The notes beneath the pieces were generated by a model that made no database searches, had not been told where the DNA came from, and was given only the letters and a program-made list of their open reading frames with translations. DNA of 64,000 nt, taken from the NCBI GenBank assembly GCA_965198235.1, contig OZ240248.1:2112001-2176000 (forward strand), read 5' to 3'. Positions 1 to 9,874 of this stretch are shown in pieces. A program made the translations under genes and the position numbers. The first letter of the stretch is position 1. The number at the start of each line of letters is the position of its first letter. Origin of the DNA: Candidatus Poribacteria bacterium. Its GTDB lineage: Bacteria; Poribacteria; WGA-4E; WGA-3G.

Positions 1-1920
1 AACGGAAATGGAAAAATCAACCTCGTCAAACCGCACATTCTGCTGATTGGGTTGGTGCTCGTTGCTTTTAATAGTTACTGGTGCCTGATGGGGACAGAGG
101 TGTGGCACTCTACGCAGTTGACGATCGCTTCTCTGTTCTTCAATGCGGTTTTTACCCTCCTCATCTTCGTGCTTGTCAATCTACTGTTCCAACGGTTCCT
201 GCCTCGTCTGGCAATGTCGGAAGCGGATTTGCAAACCATCTACGTGATGGTGGTGATGCTGACGACTATCAGCGGACATACGATGATGGGCTATCTGATC
301 CCCGTCCTCGCACACGCCTTTCAGTTCGCAACACCAGAGAACGAATGGATTCCACTTTTTGGGCATCACGTCCCGACGTGGATCGCCATCAAAAGTCCAC
401 GCATCTTGGACGGGTTCTACGAGGGAGATTCCACACTCTACACCTCTGGCACTTTAGACGCATGGGTACCACCGGTGCTTGCTTGGTCGAGTTTCGTCAT
501 CGCGCTTTGGCTAACGTTATTGGCAGTGACGGTCTTTCTTCGGAAACAGTGGACCGAAAATGAACGCCTGAACTATCCGATCGTCCAACTCCCGTTGGCA
601 CTGACGAGCAACCCGAAACGATTCTTTACTTCCCCGTGGATGTGGCTCGGCTTCGCACTCGCAGGGAGTGCGGAATTGCTGAACGGCTTAAACTATCTGT
701 TTCCCGATATACCTGCCCTACCGATTAAAGGCAAAACGATCGGGCAATTCAGCTCAAAGCCGTGGAGTGCGATGGGACCGATTCACATCTCCTTCTACCC
801 GTTTAGTATCGGTTTGATGTTCTTTACGCCGTTAGACCTCTCATTTTCCTGTTGGTTTTTCTGGCTTTTCAGTCGCATTCAATTGATTGTAACGGACGCG
901 TTCGGGGCACGGAATATCTACCATCTCGAACAACAGACGGGTGCTTGGATAGCGTTCGGATGTATCCCACTGTGGATAGGACGGCGACACTACGGACGCA
1001 TTCTTCGGAAGGTCTTCGGTATTGCACAACGCCGTGGTGAGCCACCACCTGACGATTCTCGTGAACCGATGCGCTATCGGACTGCGGCGGGGCTGTTCAC
1101 CGTCGGGATACTGTTTCTCTTCTTCTTCTGTAATCAGATGGGTATGACCTTCTGGGCAATTGGGCTCTTTTTTCTCTTCTACTTCCCACTGGTTATCGGC
1201 ATCACGCGTATCCGTGCTGAAATTGGACCACCGTTGCATCAACTCATCTTTGTTGATCCGGGAAGGACGATGGTCCTGGCGTTAGGCACACGCCGACTCG
1301 GGGCAGCCAACCTGACGGGCTTGACGTTCCTCTATCCGTTTGTTCGCTGTTTCCGGGCACATCCGACACCGAGTGAATTGGAGGCGTTCCGCTTGGCAGA
1401 ACGGAGCCAAATCGGGTATCGGCAACTGCTTATCGGGATGATCTTGGCGATTGTGTTCGGTATCCTGATAACGTTCTGGGCGTACCTGCACGTCCTCTAC
1501 GATATGGGAGCAGGCAGCAAAGCACGTGGCTGGATTGTCTATATGGGGTGGGAAACGTTCAACCGCCTGCAGACGTGGCTTGTCAGTCCACGGGAGACGA
1601 GTGTGCCGGAACTCGGTGTTATCAGCGGTAGTTTCCTGTTTACGATATTCCTGATGATTATGAAGATCCGATTCCTGTGGTGGCCCCTGCATCCGGGCGG
1701 CTATGTCCTCGTGAGTGGCACGGGAATGGGCGGTTTGTGGTTTCCGATCTTCCTCAGCTGGTTGGCGAAAGCGACTGTGTTGAAGATTGGCGGCGTGAAA
1801 CTTTACCGACAGGCGGTGCCGTTCTTTTTAGGATTAATCTTGGGAGATTATACACTTGGGTGCGTGTGGAGCTTGATCGGATTGGTACTGGAGATGCCGA
1901 CCTACATTGTGTGGCATTGA
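1..1920 (+). CDS. Large polytopic membrane protein, DUF6785/DUF6784-like (putative transporter); 5'-truncated by window edge
   Basis: Frame is open from base 1; many TM segments; motifs 'W..E.L.YPI.QLPL' and 'WWPLHP.GY' are shared with the paralog at 23863-25791. Confidence 0.75.
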   Translation, partial: NGNGKINLVKPHILLIGLVLVAFNSYWCLMGTEVWHSTQLTIASLFFNAVFTLLIFVLVNLLFQRFLPRLAMSEADLQTIYVMVVMLTTISGHTMMGYLIPVLAHAFQFATPENEWIPLFGHHVPTWIAIKSPRILDGFYEGDSTLYTSGTLDAWVPPVLAWSSFVIALWLTLLAVTVFLRKQWTENERLNYPIVQLPLALTSNPKRFFTSPWMWLGFALAGSAELLNGLNYLFPDIPALPIKGKTIGQFSSKPWSAMGPIHISFYPFSIGLMFFTPLDLSFSCWFFWLFSRIQLIVTDAFGARNIYHLEQQTGAWIAFGCIPLWIGRRHYGRILRKVFGIAQRRGEPPPDDSREPMRYRTAAGLFTVGILFLFFFCNQMGMTFWAIGLFFLFYFPLVIGITRIRAEIGPPLHQLIFVDPGRTMVLALGTRRLGAANLTGLTFLYPFVRCFRAHPTPSELEAFRLAERSQIGYRQLLIGMILAIVFGILITFWAYLHVLYDMGAGSKARGWIVYMGWETFNRLQTWLVSPRETSVPELGVISGSFLFTIFLMIMKIRFLWWPLHPGGYVLVSGTGMGGLWFPIFLSWLAKATVLKIGGVKLYRQAVPFFLGLILGDYTLGCVWSLIGLVLEMPTYIVWH

Positions 1921-1932
1921 GGTAAAACCTGC

Positions 1933-1962
1933 TTGACACTCAGCACAAATTTATGCTAAAAT
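1933..1962 (+). promoter_or_regulatory. sigma70-like promoter
   Basis: TTGACA-18nt-TAAAAT with TG extension, upstream of AAGGAGG RBS and ATG 1989. Confidence 0.55.
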
Positions 1963-1988
1963 TCAGAAAACGAAGGAGGGAGTAAAAA

Positions 1989-2402
1989 ATGGAACATACA
2001 ACCCGAATTGAACTCGAAAATCTAAAAGATCTGTATTTGGCAGAAGCAGGCGTTATCAGCTCCGAGGATGGGCGGCGACTCACCATCAATGATGCCCTCG
2101 TTGATACCGGGGCAACGGAACTCTGTTTACCCAAATCATTCATTGAGCAACTCGGACTCGCTCCGCTCCGAAAAATCCGGGCGCAGACCGCGAATGGCAC
2201 CATAGAACGCACCGTTTACTCAGAGGTGAAATATACCGTCTTAGAACGAAGCCACTCTATTCAGGTAACAGACCTCCCTGAGGACGCTCCCGTCCTTGTT
2301 GGACACATGATCTTGGAAGCCCTTGATCTCTGTGTTGACATGAAAAAGGGATTGATTCATAATCCAGCACACGGTGGGGCATGGATGATAAAAATCCTCT
2401 AA
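1989..2402 (+). CDS. Clan AA (retropepsin-like) aspartic protease
   Basis: ALVDTGATELCLP catalytic motif, C-terminal 'LVGHMILE'; paralog at 43772-44185. Confidence 0.85.
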   Translation: MEHTTRIELENLKDLYLAEAGVISSEDGRRLTINDALVDTGATELCLPKSFIEQLGLAPLRKIRAQTANGTIERTVYSEVKYTVLERSHSIQVTDLPEDAPVLVGHMILEALDLCVDMKKGLIHNPAHGGAWMIKIL

Positions 2403-2447
2403 CGGCGTGCAAATACTGCGAGAAACTTTATTTAACCAATACCGCCT

Positions 2448-3590
2448 ATGAAGACTACCCATAATATTCTTTTCCAAGATGCACGAGATTTGAAAGAAAT
2501 TCCTTCAGAAAGCGTTGATCTGGTCGTTACCTCTCCGCCGTACCCTATGATTAGCATGTGGGATGAAATGTTTAGTCATCAGAATCCAGAAATTCAGGAT
2601 GCGTTAGCACGCGGTGATGGTAAACGGGCTTATGCGCTGATGCACGAGATTCTCGATTCTGTATGGAGTGAAGTATTCAGAGTTTTAAAGGATGGTAGAT
2701 TTGCTTGCATCAATATCGGTGATGCGACAAGGAAGGTCCGAGATGATTTTTGTTTGTATCCAAACCACGCGAGAATCTTGAATCACCTCTTAAGTATTGG
2801 GTTTTCAGCGCTACCCGATATCCTCTGGCGAAAACAGGCGAATACTCCGAATAAATTTATGGGGTCAGGCATGCTGCCTGCGGGTGCTTATGTGACGCTG
2901 GAACATGAATACATTCTGATAGTCAGGAAAGGCTCCAAAAGGGAATTTAGAACAGAGGACGAAAAAGAGAACAGACGCGAAAGTGCTCTGTTTTGGGAAG
3001 AGAGGAATATCTGGTATTCGGATGTTTGGACGAATATCAAGGGAACAGATCAGAGACTCCCGAAGGCGATGTCGCGATTGAGAAGTGCAGCATTTCCATT
3101 TGATTTGGCTTATCGACTGATTAATATGTATTCTGTGAAAGGTGATGTGATACTTGATCCGTTTTTGGGTACAGGAACCACGACCGCAGCTGCGATGACA
3201 TCAGGGCGCAACAGTATCGGGGTTGAAATTGACGAGAGTTTTCAACATGTTATATGTCCGGTTACACACCATATTGTCGATTTTTCAAACGATTATTTGT
3301 CCAACAGGTTGCTGAGACACGCTGAGTTTGTCAAGAACCGGATCCAAAACTCGGGAGCGTTAAAATATACAAATAAGTCTTACGGCTGTCCGGTGGTAAC
3401 GAGCCAAGAGCAGTTTATTTTGTTGAATGCCTTAAAATCGGTTCAAGCATGCGGAGATAATATCTTTGAGGTCATGTATTCAACGGAACCGCAAACTTGG
3501 GATGTGGAGCAACCCTCGGAATCCGTGGTCAGGAATAAAATGAAGGCTCACGCAAAACCTTTTCAACTCAGTATGTTGAAGGCACAGTGA
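2448..3590 (+). CDS. Site-specific DNA methyltransferase, beta class (N4-C/N6-A)
   Basis: VTSPPY (motif IV) precedes DPFLGTGTT (motif I). Confidence 0.9.
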   Translation: MKTTHNILFQDARDLKEIPSESVDLVVTSPPYPMISMWDEMFSHQNPEIQDALARGDGKRAYALMHEILDSVWSEVFRVLKDGRFACINIGDATRKVRDDFCLYPNHARILNHLLSIGFSALPDILWRKQANTPNKFMGSGMLPAGAYVTLEHEYILIVRKGSKREFRTEDEKENRRESALFWEERNIWYSDVWTNIKGTDQRLPKAMSRLRSAAFPFDLAYRLINMYSVKGDVILDPFLGTGTTTAAAMTSGRNSIGVEIDESFQHVICPVTHHIVDFSNDYLSNRLLRHAEFVKNRIQNSGALKYTNKSYGCPVVTSQEQFILLNALKSVQACGDNIFEVMYSTEPQTWDVEQPSESVVRNKMKAHAKPFQLSMLKAQ

Positions 3591-3615
3591 CTTCATATTG
3601 TACAAAGGGCTATGT

Positions 3616-4197
3616 ATGCAAATTAAATTAAAAAATGCTGAGATTCAGGAGTATGTGAACGCTCCTGCGTCTGACTTTCCCAAGTACACGACCCAATTAA
3701 TGAATATCGCAAATCAAAATTCTCAGGCTACGCGACCGAGGCACGTTGGACAATTAAGCGAACTGATTCAGGAATTTCCGGGACAAACTTTTGAAGAATG
3801 GGTTACATGGTATCAAGAACAATATCCCGATGCAATTGATGAGGCGACAGATCGAATAATCTCAATGATAGAAAACTTCAACAAAGCTATCGGCAAAATT
3901 GACCGAACCTTGGTTAAATCATGGGTAGAGGATCTTATTCTGGTCAAAACGTTCGCGGGACTTAAGTTTCAGGAGGCAATCCTGAAAAAGTTGGCGGAAA
4001 TAAGAGGCTGTGACTACCGTTTGGCAGAACCTCATGAAGAATCCCAAGGTATAGATGGGTTTGTAGGCGAAGAAGCGTATTCTATCAAGCCCAGCACCTA
4101 TGATTCAATGCCAACTTTAGCGGAATCTATAGAAGTGAAGATGATTGTTTACGAAAAAAAGGCGGATGGTGTAGTGTTTGAAATGCCGGAAGAGTAG
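3616..4197 (+). CDS. Type II restriction endonuclease, MjaI-like family
   Basis: 'KYTTQLMN.ANQNSQATRP..VGQLSELIQEF' and 'ESQGIDGF...SIKP' PD-(D/E)xK-like core; directly follows the MTase. Confidence 0.75.
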   Translation: MQIKLKNAEIQEYVNAPASDFPKYTTQLMNIANQNSQATRPRHVGQLSELIQEFPGQTFEEWVTWYQEQYPDAIDEATDRIISMIENFNKAIGKIDRTLVKSWVEDLILVKTFAGLKFQEAILKKLAEIRGCDYRLAEPHEESQGIDGFVGEEAYSIKPSTYDSMPTLAESIEVKMIVYEKKADGVVFEMPEE

Positions 4198-4447
4198 GGG
4201 CACATCCATCTGTGGATCTTGTCGATACAAGAGTCTGTAGATTAGGTTGGACAGAATGAAAAAGACAGCTCTAAAGGAGATGCAAGAATGGCTCACGTTT
4301 GGAGAAAAAAATATAAAAGCCGCAATAGAATCCTGGATAAATTCTACACGAAACAGGAAGTAGTCAAAAGGTGTTTAGATGAAGTGAATAAATTACCTTA
4401 CCTATATGATTGCGTGATAGAACCGTCTGCGGGGGATGCTGCTTTTT

Positions 4448-4770
4448 GTGATAGACCCCACCCTAAAGGGCGAGGCTTCCGCGATTTCTGCGGAAGCTTT
4501 CATGCGATCAACGACCGCTGCTTTCTCTGAAAGACTTATGCAGCCTACTGCAACAGACGCTACCCCGACTGCGACACAAAAGTGTCCTTACGAAAAGTTT
4601 GTAATGCGTCATGTCTCGCAACAATCGTGTTGGGCCTTGAGTCCGCTATCCACGAAAAACGCATGTCGAGCTGCGATTTATTGATAGATGACCGTTTTCA
4701 GAGCTTTACACTATAGGAACGCTATCAAGAGCTTCGCAACTACAGCCTCTATAGCAACCTTACACTCTGA
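4448..4770 (-). ncRNA. Putative ~320-nt structured RNA (omegaRNA-like)
   Basis: Lies downstream of a consensus promoter; series of hairpins ending at the IS right end. Confidence 0.6.
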
Positions 4771-4774
4771 AATT

Positions 4775-4803
4775 ATTATAGCAGATTCAACAACTTGTGT
4801 CAA
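4775..4803 (-). promoter_or_regulatory. Perfect-consensus sigma70 promoter inside the element
   Basis: TTGACA-caagttgttgaatctgc(17)-TATAAT with TGn extended -10. Confidence 0.85.
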
Positions 4804-5510
4804 GAAAAAACAGCGTCTACATCTCCAAGCTAAAGCATGGAGTTTTGACGCTGAAAAGGTTGATAAAAATATCGAACATGACACCAAAATAGGAATTGAT
4901 ATTGATCCGCGACATGATGAGATTATCAAAGATGACTGGTTCAATTACAATATTAGTGAAATGTATGAGCGCGTATTGGTTATAGGGAATCCGCCGTTTG
5001 GTCAATATCAGAAGCTATCTTCAAAATTTATATCCCATGCCCTCTCATTTCGTAATGTCCAAACAATTGCTTTTATTTTGCCAGATGTTTATAGGAAACA
5101 TACACGGCAAAAAATATTGCCATATCATTGGAGAATAGTCTCCATTACTGAATTAGGAAGGAATTGTTTTACATTAGAAGGGAGGGAATATCATGTGCCT
5201 GCAAGTTTCTTCATTTTTGATAAATCAGAAGGAAAAGATTTAAGAGTTAATCCTAATGCCTACACAGAAACGAATGATTTTAGATTCTCCAATAAAGATG
5301 ATTTTGACATATTTGTATTTGGTGCTTCTCCAAGAAGAATTACAAAAACTCCGACACCAAACAATCGAGGATACTTCCTTAAGTCAAAAATTCCAGTAGA
5401 AGAGTTAATGTCTAAAATCAAAGCAGTTGATTGGAATGGATATTCTTGTGCAAATGGCGGTGTATATTGGCTAACAAAATTTGAATTTTTGGAACAATAT
5501 ATAAAATGCC

Positions 5511-5744
5511 ATGAACCCAATAGAACTAACAGTCTCCGATGATGGGGCGACGACATTTGTTTTAACACATGCAGAAATGATGTTAGAAATGGATAAGCTT
5601 AAAGCCTCTCCCGCACATGGAACTCGAAAAGCTTTAGAAGATAATAAAACTATAGAATATATGATGACTGTAAAAAGGGGTTCCGCGGATTGGGATAGAT
5701 GGATTAGCAACTATCGCAAAGAGGATGATATTTTTCAATTGTGA
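5511..5744 (+). CDS. Small hypothetical protein, possibly a gene remnant of the RM patch
   Basis: 77-aa low-GC ORF overlapping the MTase 3' end. Confidence 0.35.
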   Translation: MNPIELTVSDDGATTFVLTHAEMMLEMDKLKASPAHGTRKALEDNKTIEYMMTVKRGSADWDRWISNYRKEDDIFQL

Positions 5745-5854
5745 AACAGAATGAAAGAAAAAGATCGAAGTATTATGAACATTTTGACCGCGTTTTTCTA
5801 TTCTCACTGCGAAGCAATGTCGCCCCGCTGGGGCTGCGGAAAGAGTCCCTGTCT

Positions 5855-7663
5855 CTACAAATCTCCTTTCTCCTGTCCCTTATACTGCAGTTGATACAAC
5901 CGATAATAGATACCGCCCTGTTGCAATAACTCGTTGTGTGTGCCGGTCTCCCGGATCTCGCCGCGATGCATCACGATAATCTTGTCCGCATTTCGGATCG
6001 TCGAAAGTCGGTGCGCAATGACAACGGAAGTCCGATTTTCCATCAAACGACTCAAAGCATCCTCAATCAGGAGTTCGGTCTCGGTGTCAACGCTTGAGGT
6101 CGCTTCGTCAAGGATGAGGATACTCGGATCGGAGGCTAACGCACGCGCAAAGGCGACCAACTGCTTCTGTCCAACAGATAACCCACCACCATCCTCTTTA
6201 ATCTCTGTGCTGTAAATGTCAGGCATCTTCTGAACGAATCGGTCTAAATGGACATCTTGCGCTGCGCGCTTCACGTGCTCCGACGAGACTGACGGATTGC
6301 CTAAACTAATGTTCCGTTCAATTGAATCGGAAAAGAGGAAGATGTTTTGTTGCACGATGCTGATCGCTTCCCGCAGCGCCTCGACGTTCATCTCTTGAAT
6401 ATCCACACCGTCAATCAAGATTTGTCCCTTATTAATCTCATAGAATCGGCAAAGCAGATTGATGATAGAAGTTTTCCCTGACCCAGTATGCCCCACGAGT
6501 GCAACCTTTTCACCCGGTTTCACCTTGAATGAGACATCCCGCAGAACATAGTCATCGTCGTTGTAGGCGAACCAGACGTTTCGGAATTCAATCTCGCCTT
6601 TCAGATGATCCACGCCGGTTTTAGGAGTGGTAGAAACGATAGTCGGTTGCGTATCAAGCAGTTGGAAAATACGCTCGGAAGATGCCATCGCGTTTTGGAA
6701 GATGGTATATTTTTCGCTGAGTTCGCGGATGGGCCAGAAGAGACGTTCGGCGTAACGGATGAATGCTAACAACACGCCGAAACTCAGCGCGTCTTGCACA
6801 ACCTGGCCACCACCGTGCCAGATAATCACGGCTATTGCAAGAGAAGCCGTCACTTCAATCAGCGGGTGAAAAATTGAGAAATAGAAGATGCTTCGGAGGT
6901 TAGCAGTGAGGTATCTCCGGTTGCGCTCGTTAAAGCGGAGATGGCTCCGCCGCTCTTGTGCGAAAAGCTTCATCGTCGTCATACCGACGATGTTCTCTTG
7001 CAAAAAAGCATTGATTCGCGCAAGCTGCTTACGTTGTTCCCGAAACGCACGGCGCGAATAAATCTGGTAGACAAGCGTCGCACCGAAGATGATTGGAGTC
7101 ACGGTGAACGTCACGAGTGCGAGCCTCCAGTTATAAAGTAGCATTGCCACCATGATCCCCAAAATCTGGAGCAGGTTCGCGAAGACAGTAATCACACCAG
7201 AGGCAAAGAGTTCGTTGAGGACCTGAACATCTCCCATAACGCGGGTCATCAGTCTGCCAACCGGATTTTTATCAAAAAATTGAACGTCCAAGCGTTGCAA
7301 ATGTGAAAAGAGCGTTTGTCGCAGATCGTGCATCACATGTTGCCCAATCATTTGCATACGATACTCTTCAAAGTAGCTAAATGCGAACTCACCAATCAAT
7401 GCCAATACGTAAAAAATCGCGATCGTAATTAATCCGTCTAATATGCCGGGAGTAATGTGTTCGTCAATACCACGCTGCAGTAGGTACGGTCCGACTAAGC
7501 GTGAGAGTGTATTCCCCACCATGAGAAATCCAATGATGAGCAGCTGGAGTTTGTAAGGTTTGAGATACGAAAGAAGTCGTCTCATCAATACCCTGTCATA
7601 GACTTTCCCGAGGTCTTGCTCCTCATCGCTATATTCGTATAGTTCGCCGCCCATGCCGAACAT
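5855..7663 (-). CDS. ABC exporter permease/ATP-binding subunit (MdlB/YheH-like)
   Basis: TM domain, GHTGSGKT, LSVGQKQ, ILDEAT. Confidence 0.92.
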   Translation of the reverse strand: MFGMGGELYEYSDEEQDLGKVYDRVLMRRLLSYLKPYKLQLLIIGFLMVGNTLSRLVGPYLLQRGIDEHITPGILDGLITIAIFYVLALIGEFAFSYFEEYRMQMIGQHVMHDLRQTLFSHLQRLDVQFFDKNPVGRLMTRVMGDVQVLNELFASGVITVFANLLQILGIMVAMLLYNWRLALVTFTVTPIIFGATLVYQIYSRRAFREQRKQLARINAFLQENIVGMTTMKLFAQERRSHLRFNERNRRYLTANLRSIFYFSIFHPLIEVTASLAIAVIIWHGGGQVVQDALSFGVLLAFIRYAERLFWPIRELSEKYTIFQNAMASSERIFQLLDTQPTIVSTTPKTGVDHLKGEIEFRNVWFAYNDDDYVLRDVSFKVKPGEKVALVGHTGSGKTSIINLLCRFYEINKGQILIDGVDIQEMNVEALREAISIVQQNIFLFSDSIERNISLGNPSVSSEHVKRAAQDVHLDRFVQKMPDIYSTEIKEDGGGLSVGQKQLVAFARALASDPSILILDEATSSVDTETELLIEDALSRLMENRTSVVIAHRLSTIRNADKIIVMHRGEIRETGTHNELLQQGGIYYRLYQLQYKGQEKGDL

Positions 7664-7788
7664 AGGTGGATTCCTCCTTTTTAAAATTCTTCACGTTAAA
7701 ATTCTTCACGCCTAAACTAAGGTAGGTGCGGTTTGCAACCGCACTGGACTTATAGTGGCTCAGCAATTATAAGTTGTATTAGACTGCC

Positions 7789-9552
7789 TTAAAGTTCCTC
7801 AAGTTCCTCTTGCAAGAGTTGTGTTTCGTAGATGCCGGCGTAAATCCCGTTGTGTTCAAGCAGTTGTTCGTGTGTGCCTGTTTCAACAATGCTACCGTCA
7901 TTGAGAACGATAATGTGGTCGGCGTTTTTGACGGTAGAGATCCGATGCGAAATGAGGATAGTCGTGCGATCCTTCATAATTTCGTCGAGTCGGGTGAGAA
8001 TGGTATCCTCGGTCTGGGTATCCACGTTCGCGAAGGCATCGTCGAGGATAAGAATTTTGGGTTTGATGATAATTGCGCGTGCGAGTGCGCTCCGTTGCCG
8101 CTGGCCACCTGAGATCGTTATGCCACGTTCACCGAGGAAGGTTTCCAGTCCGTTAGGGAATTCCTCAATCTGTGCGAGGATATCTGCGGTATGTGCTGCA
8201 TCTTTCACTTCTTCATCATCTGCCGTTTCAAGACCGTAGGTAATGTTATTCCGCAGATAGTCTGAGAAAAGAAACGGTTCTTGCTCCACGAATCCGATAT
8301 TGGAGCGGAGGACGTTTAGCGGTATGTCCTGAAGGTCTACCCCGTCGATAAAGATAGTGCCACGTTCTGCTTGACGAATACGCGGAATGAGGTTGACGAG
8401 CGTGGATTTCCCGGACCCCGTCCCGCCGACGATAGCGAGGGTCATGCCACGCTCAATTTTGAGGTTGACGTTTTTGAGCACAGGCGTTCCGTCCGGGTAA
8501 TCAAAATTCAGGTTTCTAAACTCAATCTCGCCATCAATGTTTCTAATCCCCCATTTCACCTGTTCGTCGTCGAAGATTTCTGGCTTTTCATTAAGGATTG
8601 CTTGAATCCGATCCATAGACGCTGCACCACGTTCAAAGGTGTTGACGATGAAACCGAGGGTGATCATCGGACGGACGAGCATCGCGAGATAGGCACTGAA
8701 CGCCACAAAATCACCGAGTGTAATCTTCTGTTCAATGACATGGAGCCCTCCCATCCAAAGCAGAACAACACCGCCAATACCCGGTAGAAAGCGGAAAAGC
8801 GGAAAGAAGAAAGTCATCAATCGGATTTGTCGGTGGTTGCGATTGACAAACTCTTGGTTCAACTCCTGGAAGTGCTCAATTTCATCCGCCTCAAGTGTGT
8901 ACGCTTTTACAACGCGGACACCAGACAAATTCTCCTGTACCTTGGTATTCAGCGTTGAGAATGCCTCTTGGATACCCTCGTAGTGGGCGTGTAACCGCTT
9001 TCCGAGGGAGCGAATTAAGACGGCAAGGATTGGATAGGGCAGTAAGGCAACAACCGTTAGGGTTGCATCAATGTGCAGCATGATGGCAAGCGCGAACCCG
9101 AAGAACACTATAGCATCCGCTGTATACATCACAGCACTGCTCAGTACCATTCTGATGGCGTTTAAGTCGCTGGTTGCGCGTGTCATCAGATCGCCGGTGC
9201 GGACGTTATCGTAATAGGCGGCGGAGAGTTTTTGGAGATGGAGAAAGAAGTCAGCGCGAAGGTGAAATTCCATCTGCCGAGCGACCCCTTGGATGGTGCG
9301 TCGTTGGATGAAGCGCAGGATACCTGCAAAGAGCGCGACCCCAAAAATGAGTAGCGAGAAAAAGAGGATCCGTCCCGGAGATACCGTAAAGTCTGGGTCT
9401 CTGAAAGCGCGTTCTAATTCATCAAAAACCGATTGGAGAATCTTTGGACTGATTAGAAGTATCCCATTCGTCACAACCACAAGGCAGAAGCTGAATATGA
9501 TGGCGTATCGATACCGAATGACATACTTCTTGAGACCTAATAAACTGCGAAT
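7789..9552 (-). CDS. ABC exporter permease/ATP-binding subunit (MdlA/YheI-like); probable ATT start at 9552
   Basis: GGTGSGKS, ISGGQRQR, ILDDAF (degenerate site); AAGGAG RBS 7 nt before an in-frame ATT. Confidence 0.88.
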   Translation of the reverse strand: MRSLLGLKKYVIRYRYAIIFSFCLVVVTNGILLISPKILQSVFDELERAFRDPDFTVSPGRILFFSLLIFGVALFAGILRFIQRRTIQGVARQMEFHLRADFFLHLQKLSAAYYDNVRTGDLMTRATSDLNAIRMVLSSAVMYTADAIVFFGFALAIMLHIDATLTVVALLPYPILAVLIRSLGKRLHAHYEGIQEAFSTLNTKVQENLSGVRVVKAYTLEADEIEHFQELNQEFVNRNHRQIRLMTFFFPLFRFLPGIGGVVLLWMGGLHVIEQKITLGDFVAFSAYLAMLVRPMITLGFIVNTFERGAASMDRIQAILNEKPEIFDDEQVKWGIRNIDGEIEFRNLNFDYPDGTPVLKNVNLKIERGMTLAIVGGTGSGKSTLVNLIPRIRQAERGTIFIDGVDLQDIPLNVLRSNIGFVEQEPFLFSDYLRNNITYGLETADDEEVKDAAHTADILAQIEEFPNGLETFLGERGITISGGQRQRSALARAIIIKPKILILDDAFANVDTQTEDTILTRLDEIMKDRTTILISHRISTVKNADHIIVLNDGSIVETGTHEQLLEHNGIYAGIYETQLLQEELEEL

Positions 9553-9680
9553 GGTGGAACTCCTTTGTGGCGAGTGAGTCTTGCCACGTGGTGTTATGTT
9601 AAGAGGGCTTTTATATTTTGACGTAAATCTTGGCTATCAGTATTAATCAAGTTTTCGGTAATACTAAGAATCCTCTTCCT

Positions 9681-9749
9681 GTAGGAGCGAGCTGCGCTCG
9701 CGACTGATTACGGAAGCCTTTTCCTGTAGGAGCGAGTTGTGCTCGCGAC
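9681..9749 (+). repeat. Two tandem GTAG-type REP palindromes
   Basis: GTAGGAGCGAG(C/T)TG(C/T)GCTCGCGAC x2; relatives at ~22730, ~45550, ~52914-52972 and ~58258. Confidence 0.75.
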
Positions 9750-9874
9750 GCCTCAGGAACACGTAAAAGTGCCTCCAAGGATGTGCATAAGTGAACCATT
9801 ATCTGCTTATAGTGTAGTAAAATCCACCTATGCAACCGTTATGGCGCACCCAGAACTATCATCAAGGAGTGAAT

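Larger units (their letters stand above)
4448..4862 (-). mobile_element. Non-autonomous IS200/IS605-family element with no protein gene
   Basis: Minus strand: TTTAT target, LE hairpin CAGCGTC..CTCCATGCTTTAGCTTGGAG..GACGCTG, RE hairpin CCTCGCCCTTTAGGGTGGGG then TCTATCAC; no target duplication. Confidence 0.85.
4288..5542 (+). pseudogene. Adenine DNA methyltransferase interrupted by a 415-bp insertion
   Basis: 5' part has DKFYT and EPSAG; 3' part has GIDIDP and GNPPF; removing 4448-4862 restores the frame (EPSAGDAAF-Y-KNIEHDTKIGID). Confidence 0.85.

Noticed and set aside
4436-4862. ORF 4436-4684 and the N-terminal 58 aa of ORF 4688-5542
   Set aside because: Read through the non-coding insertion; not part of the true methyltransferase
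4448-4862. IStron/group I intron or HEARO (IscB) identity
   Set aside because: No recognisable group I core or HEARO signature motifs by eye; promoter and ends point antisense to the host gene
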